From assembly GCA_020439035.1 (NCBI GenBank), contig JAGQTL010000025.1, positions 1 through 45,965 on the forward strand: DNA of 45,965 bases, written 5' to 3'. The position numbers were made by a program, and so were the translations under genes. Below, one piece after another: positions 27,340-36,339 of the stretch. How positions within the stretch are numbered: the stretch's first letter is position 1; every line of letters begins with the position of its first letter. Origin of the DNA: Leucobacter sp. GTDB taxonomy: Bacteria > Actinomycetota > Actinomycetes > Actinomycetales > Microbacteriaceae. Below the pieces are notes generated by a model. That model was not told the origin of the DNA. It did not search any database and saw only the letters and a list, made by a program, of their open reading frames with translations.

Positions 27340-28662
27340 ATGAACAAGCTGGAATTCTACGTTGCCAACGGCGGCAAATTCCCCTACATCCCGCGCCGTG
27401 ACAAGATCGGCAAGTCGATCTTCATCACGACGCCGAACGACTACTACGACGACAAGCGCGGGCAGCGCATCTTCGAGGACTACCTCGATCTGTTCGAGTT
27501 CGAGGAGAAGCTCGGTTTCGACGGCGCCGTGATCCTCGAGCAGCACGGGGGCCCGAACGCACTCGTCGGGCAGTCGATCGTCATGGCCGCCGCCGCGATC
27601 AGCCGCACGCGTGAGATGCGCATCGGTACGGTCGGTGCGATCCTCAACAGCTACCGCACGCCGCTTCGCTACGCGGAAGAGGTGACAGCGCTCGACCTCC
27701 TCTCCAACGGCCGCTACTTCTTCGGCCTGCCGATGGGCATCGGTGCGAACTACCACGGGCTCGGCGTGATGAACCCGACCTATGCGCGCGAGGAGTTCCG
27801 CGAGGGCCATGAGCTGCTCAAACGGGCCTTCACCGAGAGCGGACCCTTCGCCTTCGACGGCAAGTTCTACCAGACCGAGTACGCGAACCTGTGGCCGAAG
27901 CCGCTGCAGAAGCCGTACCCTGAGGCCTGGGTGCCGGCGGCCGGGTCGAAGGACTCGTTGGCCTTCGCCGCGCAGAACGGATACACGTACCTCGCGGTCC
28001 TCGTGCCGTGGCCGATCCTGCTCAAGAACTGCCAGATCTTCCGCGAGCAGGTGGAGGAGGCTGGGCAGGAGTGGGATCCGAAGCGCATTGTCGCGAACGC
28101 TCACGTCTACGTCGCGGAGACCGATAAGCAGGCGCGGCAGGAGGCCGAGGCCCACGTGATGTCGCTCATGCAGAACTCGCTCGGCTCACCGTTCCACGAT
28201 TCGTTCCCTCCCGGCCACGTCACCATTCCGTCTCTGCGCGGTATGGCGGCCGGCGGCGGCTACCGCAGCAAAGACATCAGCAAGACGACCTACGAAGAGG
28301 GGATCGAGAGCGGCCAGTTCATCATCGGATCGCCCTCGACCGTGGCGGAGCGCATCGAGGAGATCACGACCAAGATGGGCGCCGGTCGACTGAACCTCAC
28401 CGGTGATACGTGGACCATGCCGAACTGGATGACGCGCAAGAGCCTCACGCTCTTCGCCGAGGAGGTCATGCCGCGGTTCCGCGAGCCCGGTGGAAAGCCG
28501 ATCTGGGACAAGAGCGACCGCGCCGGCTACCACACGCGTAGCGAGTACGGCGCGACGGTCGGCGAGCCGCAGTTCGTGCCTCAGTCGATCGTCGAGGGCG
28601 TCGGCCCGGTCGACATCCGGACCGCGCACATCCCCGAGCTGCGCGTGCCGATCGAAGACTGA
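27340..28662 (+). CDS. Luciferase-like (LLM class) flavin-dependent monooxygenase
   Basis: EKLGFDG...EQH, PLRYAEE..ALDLLSNGR, WPKPLQKPYP, IIGSPSTVAE and LFAEEVMP motifs. Confidence 0.9.
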   Translation: MNKLEFYVANGGKFPYIPRRDKIGKSIFITTPNDYYDDKRGQRIFEDYLDLFEFEEKLGFDGAVILEQHGGPNALVGQSIVMAAAAISRTREMRIGTVGAILNSYRTPLRYAEEVTALDLLSNGRYFFGLPMGIGANYHGLGVMNPTYAREEFREGHELLKRAFTESGPFAFDGKFYQTEYANLWPKPLQKPYPEAWVPAAGSKDSLAFAAQNGYTYLAVLVPWPILLKNCQIFREQVEEAGQEWDPKRIVANAHVYVAETDKQARQEAEAHVMSLMQNSLGSPFHDSFPPGHVTIPSLRGMAAGGGYRSKDISKTTYEEGIESGQFIIGSPSTVAERIEEITTKMGAGRLNLTGDTWTMPNWMTRKSLTLFAEEVMPRFREPGGKPIWDKSDRAGYHTRSEYGATVGEPQFVPQSIVEGVGPVDIRTAHIPELRVPIED

Positions 28663-28665
28663 ACC

Positions 28666-28695
28666 GGTGGCGGGCCCGACCGCGGGCCCGCCACC
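28666..28695 (+). terminator. Intercistronic stem-loop after the LLM gene
   Basis: ggtggcgggcccg-accg-cgggcccgccacc, 13-bp perfect stem. Confidence 0.65.
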
Positions 28696-28746
28696 CATCC
28701 CGAATATCCGATACCACACTTCACCCACGATCATTAGGAGGAAATC

Positions 28747-29034
28747 ATGTCCATCGTCGTCACCGTGCGCATTCCCAACGCCGACGTCGAGCGCGTCCGT
28801 CAGGTCGACGCGGATCACCCCGAACTCCGTGCGCAGCTGATCGAGTCGCTGCAGCGGCACGGCAATATCTCGCACCGACGCCTCTACCGCGACAACGAGA
28901 TCATGGATATCGACGAGTGGGAGACGGAGGAGGGGCTGCGCGCCTTCCTCGCGGAGTCGGGCGAGGTGATCGCGAAGCTCGCCGAGCTGCGCGGCACCGG
29001 TACGCCGAGCGACACCATCTGGTCCGTCTACTGA
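28747..29034 (+). CDS. Small hypothetical protein (95 aa), possible dimeric alpha/beta barrel (ABM-like)
   Basis: Strong AGGAGG RBS and in-operon position; DIDEWETEE..RAF resembles the ABM-type 'E.W.s.e' motif. Confidence 0.7.
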   Translation: MSIVVTVRIPNADVERVRQVDADHPELRAQLIESLQRHGNISHRRLYRDNEIMDIDEWETEEGLRAFLAESGEVIAKLAELRGTGTPSDTIWSVY

Positions 29035-29053
29035 GTCATCCAGGAGTATCACC

Positions 29054-30457
29054 GTGTCTGACGTGCAACAGCAAGCCGTCGCCCTCGACCCCGAACTCGT
29101 CGAGGCGATCATCGCCCGCGCGCAGCAGTTGCTGCCGTTCGGGTCGCTCTGGCCCGATGCCGGGCTGGCGACGGCCGAAGGGCGCGTCACGCCCGATATC
29201 GAGGATGAGGCCGAGGTGCGCAGCGCACTCGACGAACTCGGGAGGCGCCTCGGGGAGATGTATCCGTACGGCGATGTGAAGTACATCGGACAAATCCTCA
29301 AGGCGCCTCACCCGGTCGCCTGGGCGGCCAACGCGGTCACGACGCTGATCAACCCGAACAACCATGCGCTCGACGGCGGCCCAGCGACGGCCCATCTCGA
29401 GAAAGAGGTCATGGCGGAGCTCGCGTGCATGTTCGGTATGACGCAGCATCTCGGGCATCTGACCTCGTCGGGCACCATCGCCAACCTCGAGGCGCTGTTC
29501 GTGGCACGGGAGCTCGCACCCGACGGTGTCGTGCTCTCGAGCGAGGCCGCACACTACACGCACAAGCGCATGTGCGCCCTGCTGCGAATGGGGCACGAGA
29601 CCGTCCCGCAGGACGAGCTCGGCCGGATGGATGTTGACGCCCTCGAGCAGCGGCTCGCGCAGGGTGGCGTGTCCCTCGTCGTCGCGACACTCGGCACGAC
29701 GAGCCTTGGCGCCATCGATCCCGTGCACCGTATCCTCGAGCTCTGCCGGAAGCACGATGTGCGCCTCCACGTGGACGCCGCATATGGCGGATTCCACACA
29801 CTCATCGCGGGCGATGATCCCGCCGTCGACCCAGCACCGTTCGCGGCGCTCTCGCAGGTCGACTCGATCGTCGTGGACCCGCACAAGCACGGCCTGCAGT
29901 CGTTCGGGTGCGGGAGCGTCCTGTTCAAGGATCCGGCCGTAGGCCGCCTCTATCTGCATGATTCCCCCTATACCTACTTCACCTCGGACGAGCTCCACCT
30001 CGGCGAGATCAGCCTGGAGTGCTCGCGCTCGGGGGCGCCGGCTGCGGCCTTCTGGGCGACCGCACGCGTGGTAGGATTGACGCCCGACGGACTCGGCGGT
30101 CAACTGCGGCGCAGCCGCGCGGCAGCGAAGCGGATCGCCGCCGGCTTCGAGCGCGGCGCGCGCAGCAGGCTCGTGGTCGAGCCGGAGCTCGACATCGTCT
30201 GCTACTATCCGGCGCTGAACACGGCGAGCGAGATCTCCGGCGCCTCGGACCGCGCCTTCGACGAGCTGGCGGAGCGCGGGTGGCACGTGGCGAAGCTCAC
30301 CGTCGACGCGGAATGGCTGCGAGCCTCGGGTGCCGACATCGTCGCGGACTCGGAGACCGTCACGGTCCTGCGCAGCTGCGTCATGAAGCCGGAGCACCTG
30401 GAGATCGCCGACGAGTTCGTCGACGTGGTCGACGACGTGTTCGGACAGCTCGTGTAG
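29054..30457 (+). CDS. Group II PLP-dependent amino-acid decarboxylase
   Basis: SSGTIANLEAL, AHY, GTTSLGAIDP, LHVDAAYGG and DPHKH (PLP lysine); CAGGAG RBS. Confidence 0.9.
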   Translation: MSDVQQQAVALDPELVEAIIARAQQLLPFGSLWPDAGLATAEGRVTPDIEDEAEVRSALDELGRRLGEMYPYGDVKYIGQILKAPHPVAWAANAVTTLINPNNHALDGGPATAHLEKEVMAELACMFGMTQHLGHLTSSGTIANLEALFVARELAPDGVVLSSEAAHYTHKRMCALLRMGHETVPQDELGRMDVDALEQRLAQGGVSLVVATLGTTSLGAIDPVHRILELCRKHDVRLHVDAAYGGFHTLIAGDDPAVDPAPFAALSQVDSIVVDPHKHGLQSFGCGSVLFKDPAVGRLYLHDSPYTYFTSDELHLGEISLECSRSGAPAAAFWATARVVGLTPDGLGGQLRRSRAAAKRIAAGFERGARSRLVVEPELDIVCYYPALNTASEISGASDRAFDELAERGWHVAKLTVDAEWLRASGADIVADSETVTVLRSCVMKPEHLEIADEFVDVVDDVFGQLV

Positions 30458-30521
30458 CGGACCGCAGCGGCGGCGTGCCGCTGAGAAGAGAAACCCCCTG
30501 AGTGAGACGGAGAGTGCGACG

Positions 30522-31280
30522 ATGCGAAGCGAAGAGAAGAAGACCGACGCGAGCGGCTGGTACCGGTGGCACGAGCTCAAACGCCAAGAGGTGCGCGAGC
30601 TCGCGGCCGAGGCCCTCGTCGTCATTCCGCTCGGCGCCACGGAGCAGCACGGCCCGTTCATGCCGACCGGAACCGACATCATGATGTCGACGCACGCAGT
30701 GGTGGGTGCGCTCGATCTCGCCGCACCCGGTTCGGCCCGGCCGCTGATACTGGCGCAGATTCTCAATATCGGCTGCTCCGCGCATCATCTGCCGTTCGGC
30801 GGCACGATCTCGCTCCCGCCGCAGGTGATGATCGAGGTGCTCGTCGAGGCTGCGCTCAGCATGACGGCGAGTGGGGTGCGCCGTATCGTGTTCGTCAACG
30901 GGCACGGCGGCAACACCGGGGTGTGCCATTCCGCCGCCTCCGAAGCCGCCTCGCGGAGCGAGCTCAGCGTGGCCGCGTTGGATTACTGGGAGATGACCTC
31001 GCGAGACGATCCGACCCTGCCAGGGCATGCCGGGGCTTTCGAAACGTCGCTCATGCTCGCGCACCGGCCGGATCTCGTCGCGAGTGATCGGGAACGCGAG
31101 AATCGCGACGACGTCGCGCAGCCCGGTCGAGGGGTGTACGGGCGAGGTGTGTGGCGGGGGATTGACGGCTTCACCGACCACCCGAACCTGGCGAATGCCG
31201 AACAGGGCGCGGCGGACCTCGCGGATATCCACCGAAACCTCGCGGACCGCCTGATCGAGCTCGGGCAAGGCATGCCGTGA
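30522..31280 (+). CDS. Creatininase / creatinine-amidohydrolase family
   Basis: PLGATEQHG..PTGTD, GCSAHH, NGHGGN and GHAG..ETS motifs. Confidence 0.9.
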   Translation: MRSEEKKTDASGWYRWHELKRQEVRELAAEALVVIPLGATEQHGPFMPTGTDIMMSTHAVVGALDLAAPGSARPLILAQILNIGCSAHHLPFGGTISLPPQVMIEVLVEAALSMTASGVRRIVFVNGHGGNTGVCHSAASEAASRSELSVAALDYWEMTSRDDPTLPGHAGAFETSLMLAHRPDLVASDRERENRDDVAQPGRGVYGRGVWRGIDGFTDHPNLANAEQGAADLADIHRNLADRLIELGQGMP

Positions 31281-32260
31281 ACGATGCCGTCTATTTCTCG
31301 CGCGACGACGTGCTGTCGTTGAGTGCGGAGATCGACGTCGAATCGGCGCTCCAGCATGTGCTGATCGAAGCCGAACTGGGCGAAGCCGGGCAGGCGACTC
31401 GAACCGAACTCGCCCCTGAGGGGCTCGCCAGTGTGCTCGGGTTGATGCCCGGCTACCGGACCGCCGCCCCCGCGGTCTTCGCCGCGAAGGTCGTATGCGT
31501 CGTCCCGGGGAACCCGGTCCGCGGGCTTCCGGCGCACCACGGGGTCGTGCTCCTCTTCGACGCCTCGACGGGGGCGCTGCTCGTGATGGCTGACGCGGGT
31601 GCGGTCACCGAGGTGCGCACGGCAGCGCTCACCGCGCTCGCGACGCGCACCCTCGCTACGCGCACCGAGGGTATTTCCCTGGTCGTGGGAGGTGGTCATC
31701 AGGCGGTCGCGCATCTGCGCGCTCTCGCCCGGCTGCAGCACCGGCTCGTGGTGTGGGCGCGACGTCCTGAGCAAGCGCGCGGGGCGATCGAGATGCTCGC
31801 CGTGGAAGGTGTCGACGTTGCATTCGCGCCGAAGTTGGAATCCGCGGTTCGGGAAGCCGCCGTCGTAACGACCGTTACCGGAACCGCGGAGCCTATCCTC
31901 GATGCCGCATGGTTCGGCCCTGGTGCACTTCTGAATGCGATCGGCTCCAGCACTCCGCGGGTTCGCGAGGTGCCCGAGGAGATGATCCGCACCTCGTTCC
32001 TCGTTGCGGATTCGCCCGAGGCCGTGCGGGCGCTCTCCGGAGAGTTCTCCAGGCTGGATCGACCCGGCCCCGCTCTGCACTCGCTCGGATCGCTCCTCCA
32101 TCGGCCCGATTCGATTCCGGAGACGCGGAGCAACGGGTGCACCGTCTTCAAATCGGTCGGCGTTCCGCTGCAGGACCTCGCGCTGGCCTCGGAGCTCTAC
32201 CGGGCGGCGACGGATTCTTCGAACCGATCGTCGAGTATCGGGCAGCGTATCCGGCTATGA
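31277..32260 (+). CDS. Ornithine cyclodeaminase / mu-crystallin (ketimine reductase) family
   Basis: AAKVV...GN..RGLP, LLFDASTG, TEVRTAA, VGGGHQA, NAIGS..P..RE and FKSVG..LQD motifs. Confidence 0.9.
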   Translation: MNDAVYFSRDDVLSLSAEIDVESALQHVLIEAELGEAGQATRTELAPEGLASVLGLMPGYRTAAPAVFAAKVVCVVPGNPVRGLPAHHGVVLLFDASTGALLVMADAGAVTEVRTAALTALATRTLATRTEGISLVVGGGHQAVAHLRALARLQHRLVVWARRPEQARGAIEMLAVEGVDVAFAPKLESAVREAAVVTTVTGTAEPILDAAWFGPGALLNAIGSSTPRVREVPEEMIRTSFLVADSPEAVRALSGEFSRLDRPGPALHSLGSLLHRPDSIPETRSNGCTVFKSVGVPLQDLALASELYRAATDSSNRSSSIGQRIRL

Positions 32261-32333
32261 CCCGGTGCATGTGCGACCCGCGGGTCGCGGCGATCACGTG
32301 AGGATAGAATCGGCGCTACCGGGAGGAGAGAAG

Positions 32334-33281
32334 ATGAGTCGGGACGTAGAGTATTTCCCCCCGCGCGAGTATCGGGATGCCCGAGCGTGGTCGCTCGCAT
32401 CCGACCAACTGTTCCAATCGACCCCGATCATCCCTTCGGGCACGGCGGAGCTCTTCCGTCTCAGAGCTGAAATGCTGAAGCTCGGCCGGGTGCGCCTCGC
32501 CCACCTCGAGTCGGGCCCCTATCTGAACGAGCGCTTCCCCGTGGAAGGTAGGCAGGTCGACCCGATCTTCATCCTCGACCTGCAACGGGCGGGGCGCAGC
32601 CGCATCGAGCAGAATGGCCAGGTGACCGAGATCGGTCGTGGCGACTTCTCGATTACGGACGCCTCCAGGCCTTATCGGCGCGAGTATCTGGAGGATCGCA
32701 ACCGGGTGCTGGTGATGCAGTTCCCGCAGCAGATGCTCACCTTGCCGCCGCGCGCGCTCGCGCATGTGCTCGGCACCTCGTTCTCCGGCGGGTCGGGCCT
32801 CGCCGCCATCGTTTCGCGCTTCCTCGACGGCGTGGCCGACAACCTCTCCGCGCTGCAGGACCCGCTCGGCCTCACGATGATCGACTCGGTGATCGATTCC
32901 GTGTCGACGTTGATCACCGGCCGCACCGCCGTCGGCACCGAGGCCGGTGATTCCGCCTGGCAGCTGCTCGAGATCCGCGATTACATCATGGAGCATCTCG
33001 GTGACCCGGAGCTCTCGCCGGAGCGGGTGGCCAAGGCGAATTTCATCTCGCTGCGGCAGCTGCACGCGCTGTTCGCGAAGTCCGGCTCCACGGTCGCGGC
33101 CTGGATCCGGGATCGCCGGCTTGAGATGTGCCGCCGCGAGCTCGCCGATCCGCGATCCGCAAACCGCACTGTGCGCGAGATCAGCGACCGCTGGGGCTTC
33201 AGTAATCAGACCTACTTCGCGAAGGTGTTCCGCGCGACCTACGGCTACTCGCCAACGGCTGCGCGCCGCAGGGAATACTAG
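32334..33281 (+). CDS. AraC-family activator (FeaR-like), copy 1
   Basis: YIMEHLGDPELSP..VA..NFISLRQLH, WIRDRRLE, ISDRWGF...YFAKVFR..YG.SP; GGAGGAG RBS. Confidence 0.93.
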   Translation: MSRDVEYFPPREYRDARAWSLASDQLFQSTPIIPSGTAELFRLRAEMLKLGRVRLAHLESGPYLNERFPVEGRQVDPIFILDLQRAGRSRIEQNGQVTEIGRGDFSITDASRPYRREYLEDRNRVLVMQFPQQMLTLPPRALAHVLGTSFSGGSGLAAIVSRFLDGVADNLSALQDPLGLTMIDSVIDSVSTLITGRTAVGTEAGDSAWQLLEIRDYIMEHLGDPELSPERVAKANFISLRQLHALFAKSGSTVAAWIRDRRLEMCRRELADPRSANRTVREISDRWGFSNQTYFAKVFRATYGYSPTAARRREY

Positions 33282-33316
33282 GATTCCACTGCGGCGCGCA
33301 GCCCGGCGGCAGTGCG

Positions 33317-34135
33317 TTACAGCACGGCGGAGAGAAACGCCCGGGTGCGTTCGTGCTGCGGGTTGCCGATCACCTGTTCCGGGGTACCTGTTTCAACGAT
33401 ACGCCCCGCATCCATGAAGATGATGCGGTCGGCGACCTCGCGGGCGAAGCCCATCTCGTGCGTGACGACGATCATGGTCATGTCACCGGCGCGGGCGAGA
33501 TTCTTGATCACCGCGAGCACTTCGCCCACGAGTTCGGGATCGAGTGCGCTGGTCGGCTCGTCGAACAGCATGAGCTTCGGCTGCATGGCGAGTGCGCGCG
33601 CGATCGCGACGCGCTGCTGCTGGCCGCCCGAGAGCTGCGACGGGTAGTGGCCGTCCTTGCCCTTCAGACCGACGCGCTCGAGCAGGTCGAGCGCACGCTC
33701 GCGCACCTCCGCACGGGGCTGTTTCAGTACGATGACCGGCGCGAGAGTGATGTTCTCGAGTGCGGTCATGTGCGGGAAAAGGTTGAAGCTCTGGAACACC
33801 ATCCCGACGTCGACGCGCTTCTTGCAGGCATCGTTCTCGTGCAGCTCATAGAGCTTATTGCCCGAGAGCCGGTAGCCGATCATGTCGTTGTCGACGTAGA
33901 TACGGCCACCGCTCAGCTCCTCCAGGTGGTTCACGCAGCGCAGCAGCGTGCTCTTGCCGGAGCCCGAGGGTCCGATGAAGCAGACCGTCTCGCCCGGCTT
34001 CACCTCGAGGTTGATGTCGAAGAGCACGGGCGAATCGCCGTAGGACTTGTTGACGTGTTCGATCCGTACCGAGGCGCCACCGGTGAGCGGAAGAGCCCCT
34101 GTGTCGTCGAAGGTTCTGGTCTTGTTCTCCGCCAT
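33317..34135 (-). CDS. Polar amino-acid ABC transporter ATP-binding protein (GlnQ-like)
   Basis: [35 protein letters not shown] and [11 protein letters not shown] motifs; GAGGTG RBS. Confidence 0.95.
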   Translation of the reverse strand: MAENKTRTFDDTGALPLTGGASVRIEHVNKSYGDSPVLFDINLEVKPGETVCFIGPSGSGKSTLLRCVNHLEELSGGRIYVDNDMIGYRLSGNKLYELHENDACKKRVDVGMVFQSFNLFPHMTALENITLAPVIVLKQPRAEVRERALDLLERVGLKGKDGHYPSQLSGGQQQRVAIARALAMQPKLMLFDEPTSALDPELVGEVLAVIKNLARAGDMTMIVVTHEMGFAREVADRIIFMDAGRIVETGTPEQVIGNPQHERTRAFLSAVL

Positions 34136-34140
34136 GGGGC

Positions 34141-35019
34141 TCACCTCTCCGCGGTCCGGCGCTCGATGAAGTACTGCGCGATCGACCACAGTCCGATCAC
34201 CAGGATGTACCAGATGGTCGCGACGAGCAGCATCTCGATCACCTTGTAGTTGACGCCCGAAATACTCTGGACGATCGTCAGGAGGTCACCACCCGCGATG
34301 ACTGATACAAGGGCGGTGGCCTTGATCGTGTTCACGAGCTCGTTACCAAGCGGGGGCACGATCACGCGAAGGGCCTGGGGGAGCACGATGCGCTGCAGCG
34401 TCTGAGCGCCGTTCAGGCCGAGCGCCTTCGCCGCCTGGCGCTGTCCTTGGTTCACGGCGAGGAGGCCGCCGCGCACGATCTCTGCCATGTAGGCCGAGGC
34501 GACGAGCACCAGGCTCAGCACTGAGGCGATGAACGGCGACATGAAGTTCTTCGTCGCGACTTCGAAGAAGACGATGTCGGTGAAGGGGATGCCGATCACG
34601 ATCTCCTTGATGAAGAGGCCAATATTCCCGACGAAGATGAGCAGCACGATCATGGGGATGCTTCGGAAGAAGAAGACGTAGGCCCATGAGATGCCCGAGA
34701 GCACCCGGCTGTTCGAGATGCGCATGACTGCCAGCACCACGGCGAGCAGGAGGCCGAGGATCATGGCGAGGACGGTCATCTGCAGAGTGACCCAGAGCCC
34801 CTGTAGCACCGCGCCGTTGGCGAAGTACTGGCCGATGATCGACCACTCGATGTGGTCGTTGGTCGCGAGCCCGTAGCCCATGCCGAGGATCAGAAGGATG
34901 ACGAACACCGCAAGGGTCGTACGCCCGTAGTGGCGCAGTGGAACGACGACTTCGTCGGGTTCGGCACCCGGTGGAGGCGTGCTTGCAACCGCAGCCGGTG
35001 CGTGGTCGGGGGTGGTCAA
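34141..35019 (-). CDS. Polar amino-acid ABC transporter permease
   Basis: [33 protein letters not shown] and IVLPQA motifs; TTG start after GAAAGG. Confidence 0.93.
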   Translation of the reverse strand: MTTPDHAPAAVASTPPPGAEPDEVVVPLRHYGRTTLAVFVILLILGMGYGLATNDHIEWSIIGQYFANGAVLQGLWVTLQMTVLAMILGLLLAVVLAVMRISNSRVLSGISWAYVFFFRSIPMIVLLIFVGNIGLFIKEIVIGIPFTDIVFFEVATKNFMSPFIASVLSLVLVASAYMAEIVRGGLLAVNQGQRQAAKALGLNGAQTLQRIVLPQALRVIVPPLGNELVNTIKATALVSVIAGGDLLTIVQSISGVNYKVIEMLLVATIWYILVIGLWSIAQYFIERRTAER

Positions 35020-35157
35020 GGTGTTGCCCTTTCTGTTTCGAGATCAGATCTCTATCGGTGGGACGCGCCCGGATCTGCAGGTGAGAATCCACGTCTCATG
35101 AGATTCGGATTCCCCCCAAAGGCCGGGTTCGTTCAGCAGCAAAGCCGGGTTCGAACC

Positions 35158-36126
35158 CTAGCCTTTGATCTCACCGGCAGGGGTGCCGGTCAGGTAGTTG
35201 ACCACGAGTTGATCTCGTTCGAGGATCGCGTCGGGCACGCCGTTGTCGTTGAGGATCTGCTGGTAGACGCCTTCGTCCCAGAGCTTCTGCAGGCCGGTTG
35301 CAAATGCGTTGGCGAGCGCGGGGTTGGTCTTCGTAAAGACGATGCCCGCGAGCCCGCTGTCGAACTTATCCGCATCGCTGAGCTTCACGGCCTCGACACC
35401 GCCCATCGCCTTCGCCGCTCCCACGTTCACTGGGTAGGTATCGATGATCGCATCGATTGCACCGGAGGCCAGGGCCACCTCTTCGGAGGTTGAGTAGCTC
35501 ACGTACTTGATCTTGTTGCCGTCGTCGCAGAACGCGTCATTCGCGAGGCCGACATAGTACTCCTGGATCGCTCCGACACTGCCGCCGACGGTGACGCCGC
35601 ACATGCTCGCGAAGGAGGTGATCCCGTTTGGGTTGCCCTCGGGGACGAGCACCGAAAGCGGAGCGAGGTAGAAGGGGATCATGTCGTAGAGCGACTCCTC
35701 GCGTTCCGCAGTGACCGTGGCCTGGCCCCAGGCCACGTCGAAGGTGCCGGCGTCGAGGCCCGGCAGCTGACCCGGCCACTGCGTGTTCTGCCAGTCGGGC
35801 TCGACCCCAAAGAGACCGGTGAGCGCGACGGAGAGATCGTAGGCGACACCCGCGGGCTTGCTCGCGTCGGCCTCGCTCGCGTAGATCACAGGCGGGTTGT
35901 CGAAGGACGCCGTTATTGTGATCATGCCTGCATCGATGATGCTCTGCGGGAGCGTTCCCCGCAGCTCTTCGTCGACGGCGCTGCCCGGGGTGGTGTCGGA
36001 GGGTGCAGACGAATCGGGAGTGTTGCCCGAGCAAGCGCTGAGGAGCACCGCCGCGCTGCTTGCGAGCGCGAGAACGCCGAGGGCGTGCCGCCACTTTGAG
36101 TGGCTGAGGGAGCTGGATTCTGCCAT
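35158..36126 (-). CDS. Family-3 ABC substrate-binding lipoprotein, copy 1
   Basis: LSAC lipobox, DNPP, PGLDAGTFDV, TVTAERE and YQQIL motifs; upstream of the permease and ATPase. Confidence 0.88.
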   Translation of the reverse strand: MAESSSLSHSKWRHALGVLALASSAAVLLSACSGNTPDSSAPSDTTPGSAVDEELRGTLPQSIIDAGMITITASFDNPPVIYASEADASKPAGVAYDLSVALTGLFGVEPDWQNTQWPGQLPGLDAGTFDVAWGQATVTAEREESLYDMIPFYLAPLSVLVPEGNPNGITSFASMCGVTVGGSVGAIQEYYVGLANDAFCDDGNKIKYVSYSTSEEVALASGAIDAIIDTYPVNVGAAKAMGGVEAVKLSDADKFDSGLAGIVFTKTNPALANAFATGLQKLWDEGVYQQILNDNGVPDAILERDQLVVNYLTGTPAGEIKG

Positions 36127-36243
36127 TCGATTCGTCCAATCGTCGCTGATCAGTGGAATATCCGGTAGGGGCACGTTCATTCTGATGCACCATCCTCGTC
36201 ATCAAAGAAACTAACCCCTCAGTACTTCACCTGAACCCCGGTC

Positions 36244-36280
36244 TGCACGCTCGGAACGAGCTACTGCACGAAAGGTGCAA
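36244..36280 (+). promoter_or_regulatory. Candidate AraC binding site (TGCRC direct repeats 21 bp apart), copy 1
   Basis: tgcacgctcggaacgagctactgcacgaaaggtgcaa; 26/37 identical to 42661-42697. Confidence 0.6.
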
Positions 36281-36339
36281 CTCGGGAACGACTTGATAAC
36301 GAGACTAGATAGCGTGATTCGAAGAAGGGGTTGCGAGTG

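Noticed and set aside
27340..31280. Mycofactocin locus (creatininase as MftE, with LLM and dehydrogenases)
   Set aside because: No mftA precursor, MftB, radical-SAM MftC or glycosyltransferase is present in the window.
35040..35157. Short dyads and a ccgggttcg direct repeat between SBP copy 1 and the permease as a structured ncRNA
   Set aside because: The stems are short and consistent with a routine post-SBP mRNA-stabilising structure; nothing else supports an ncRNA.
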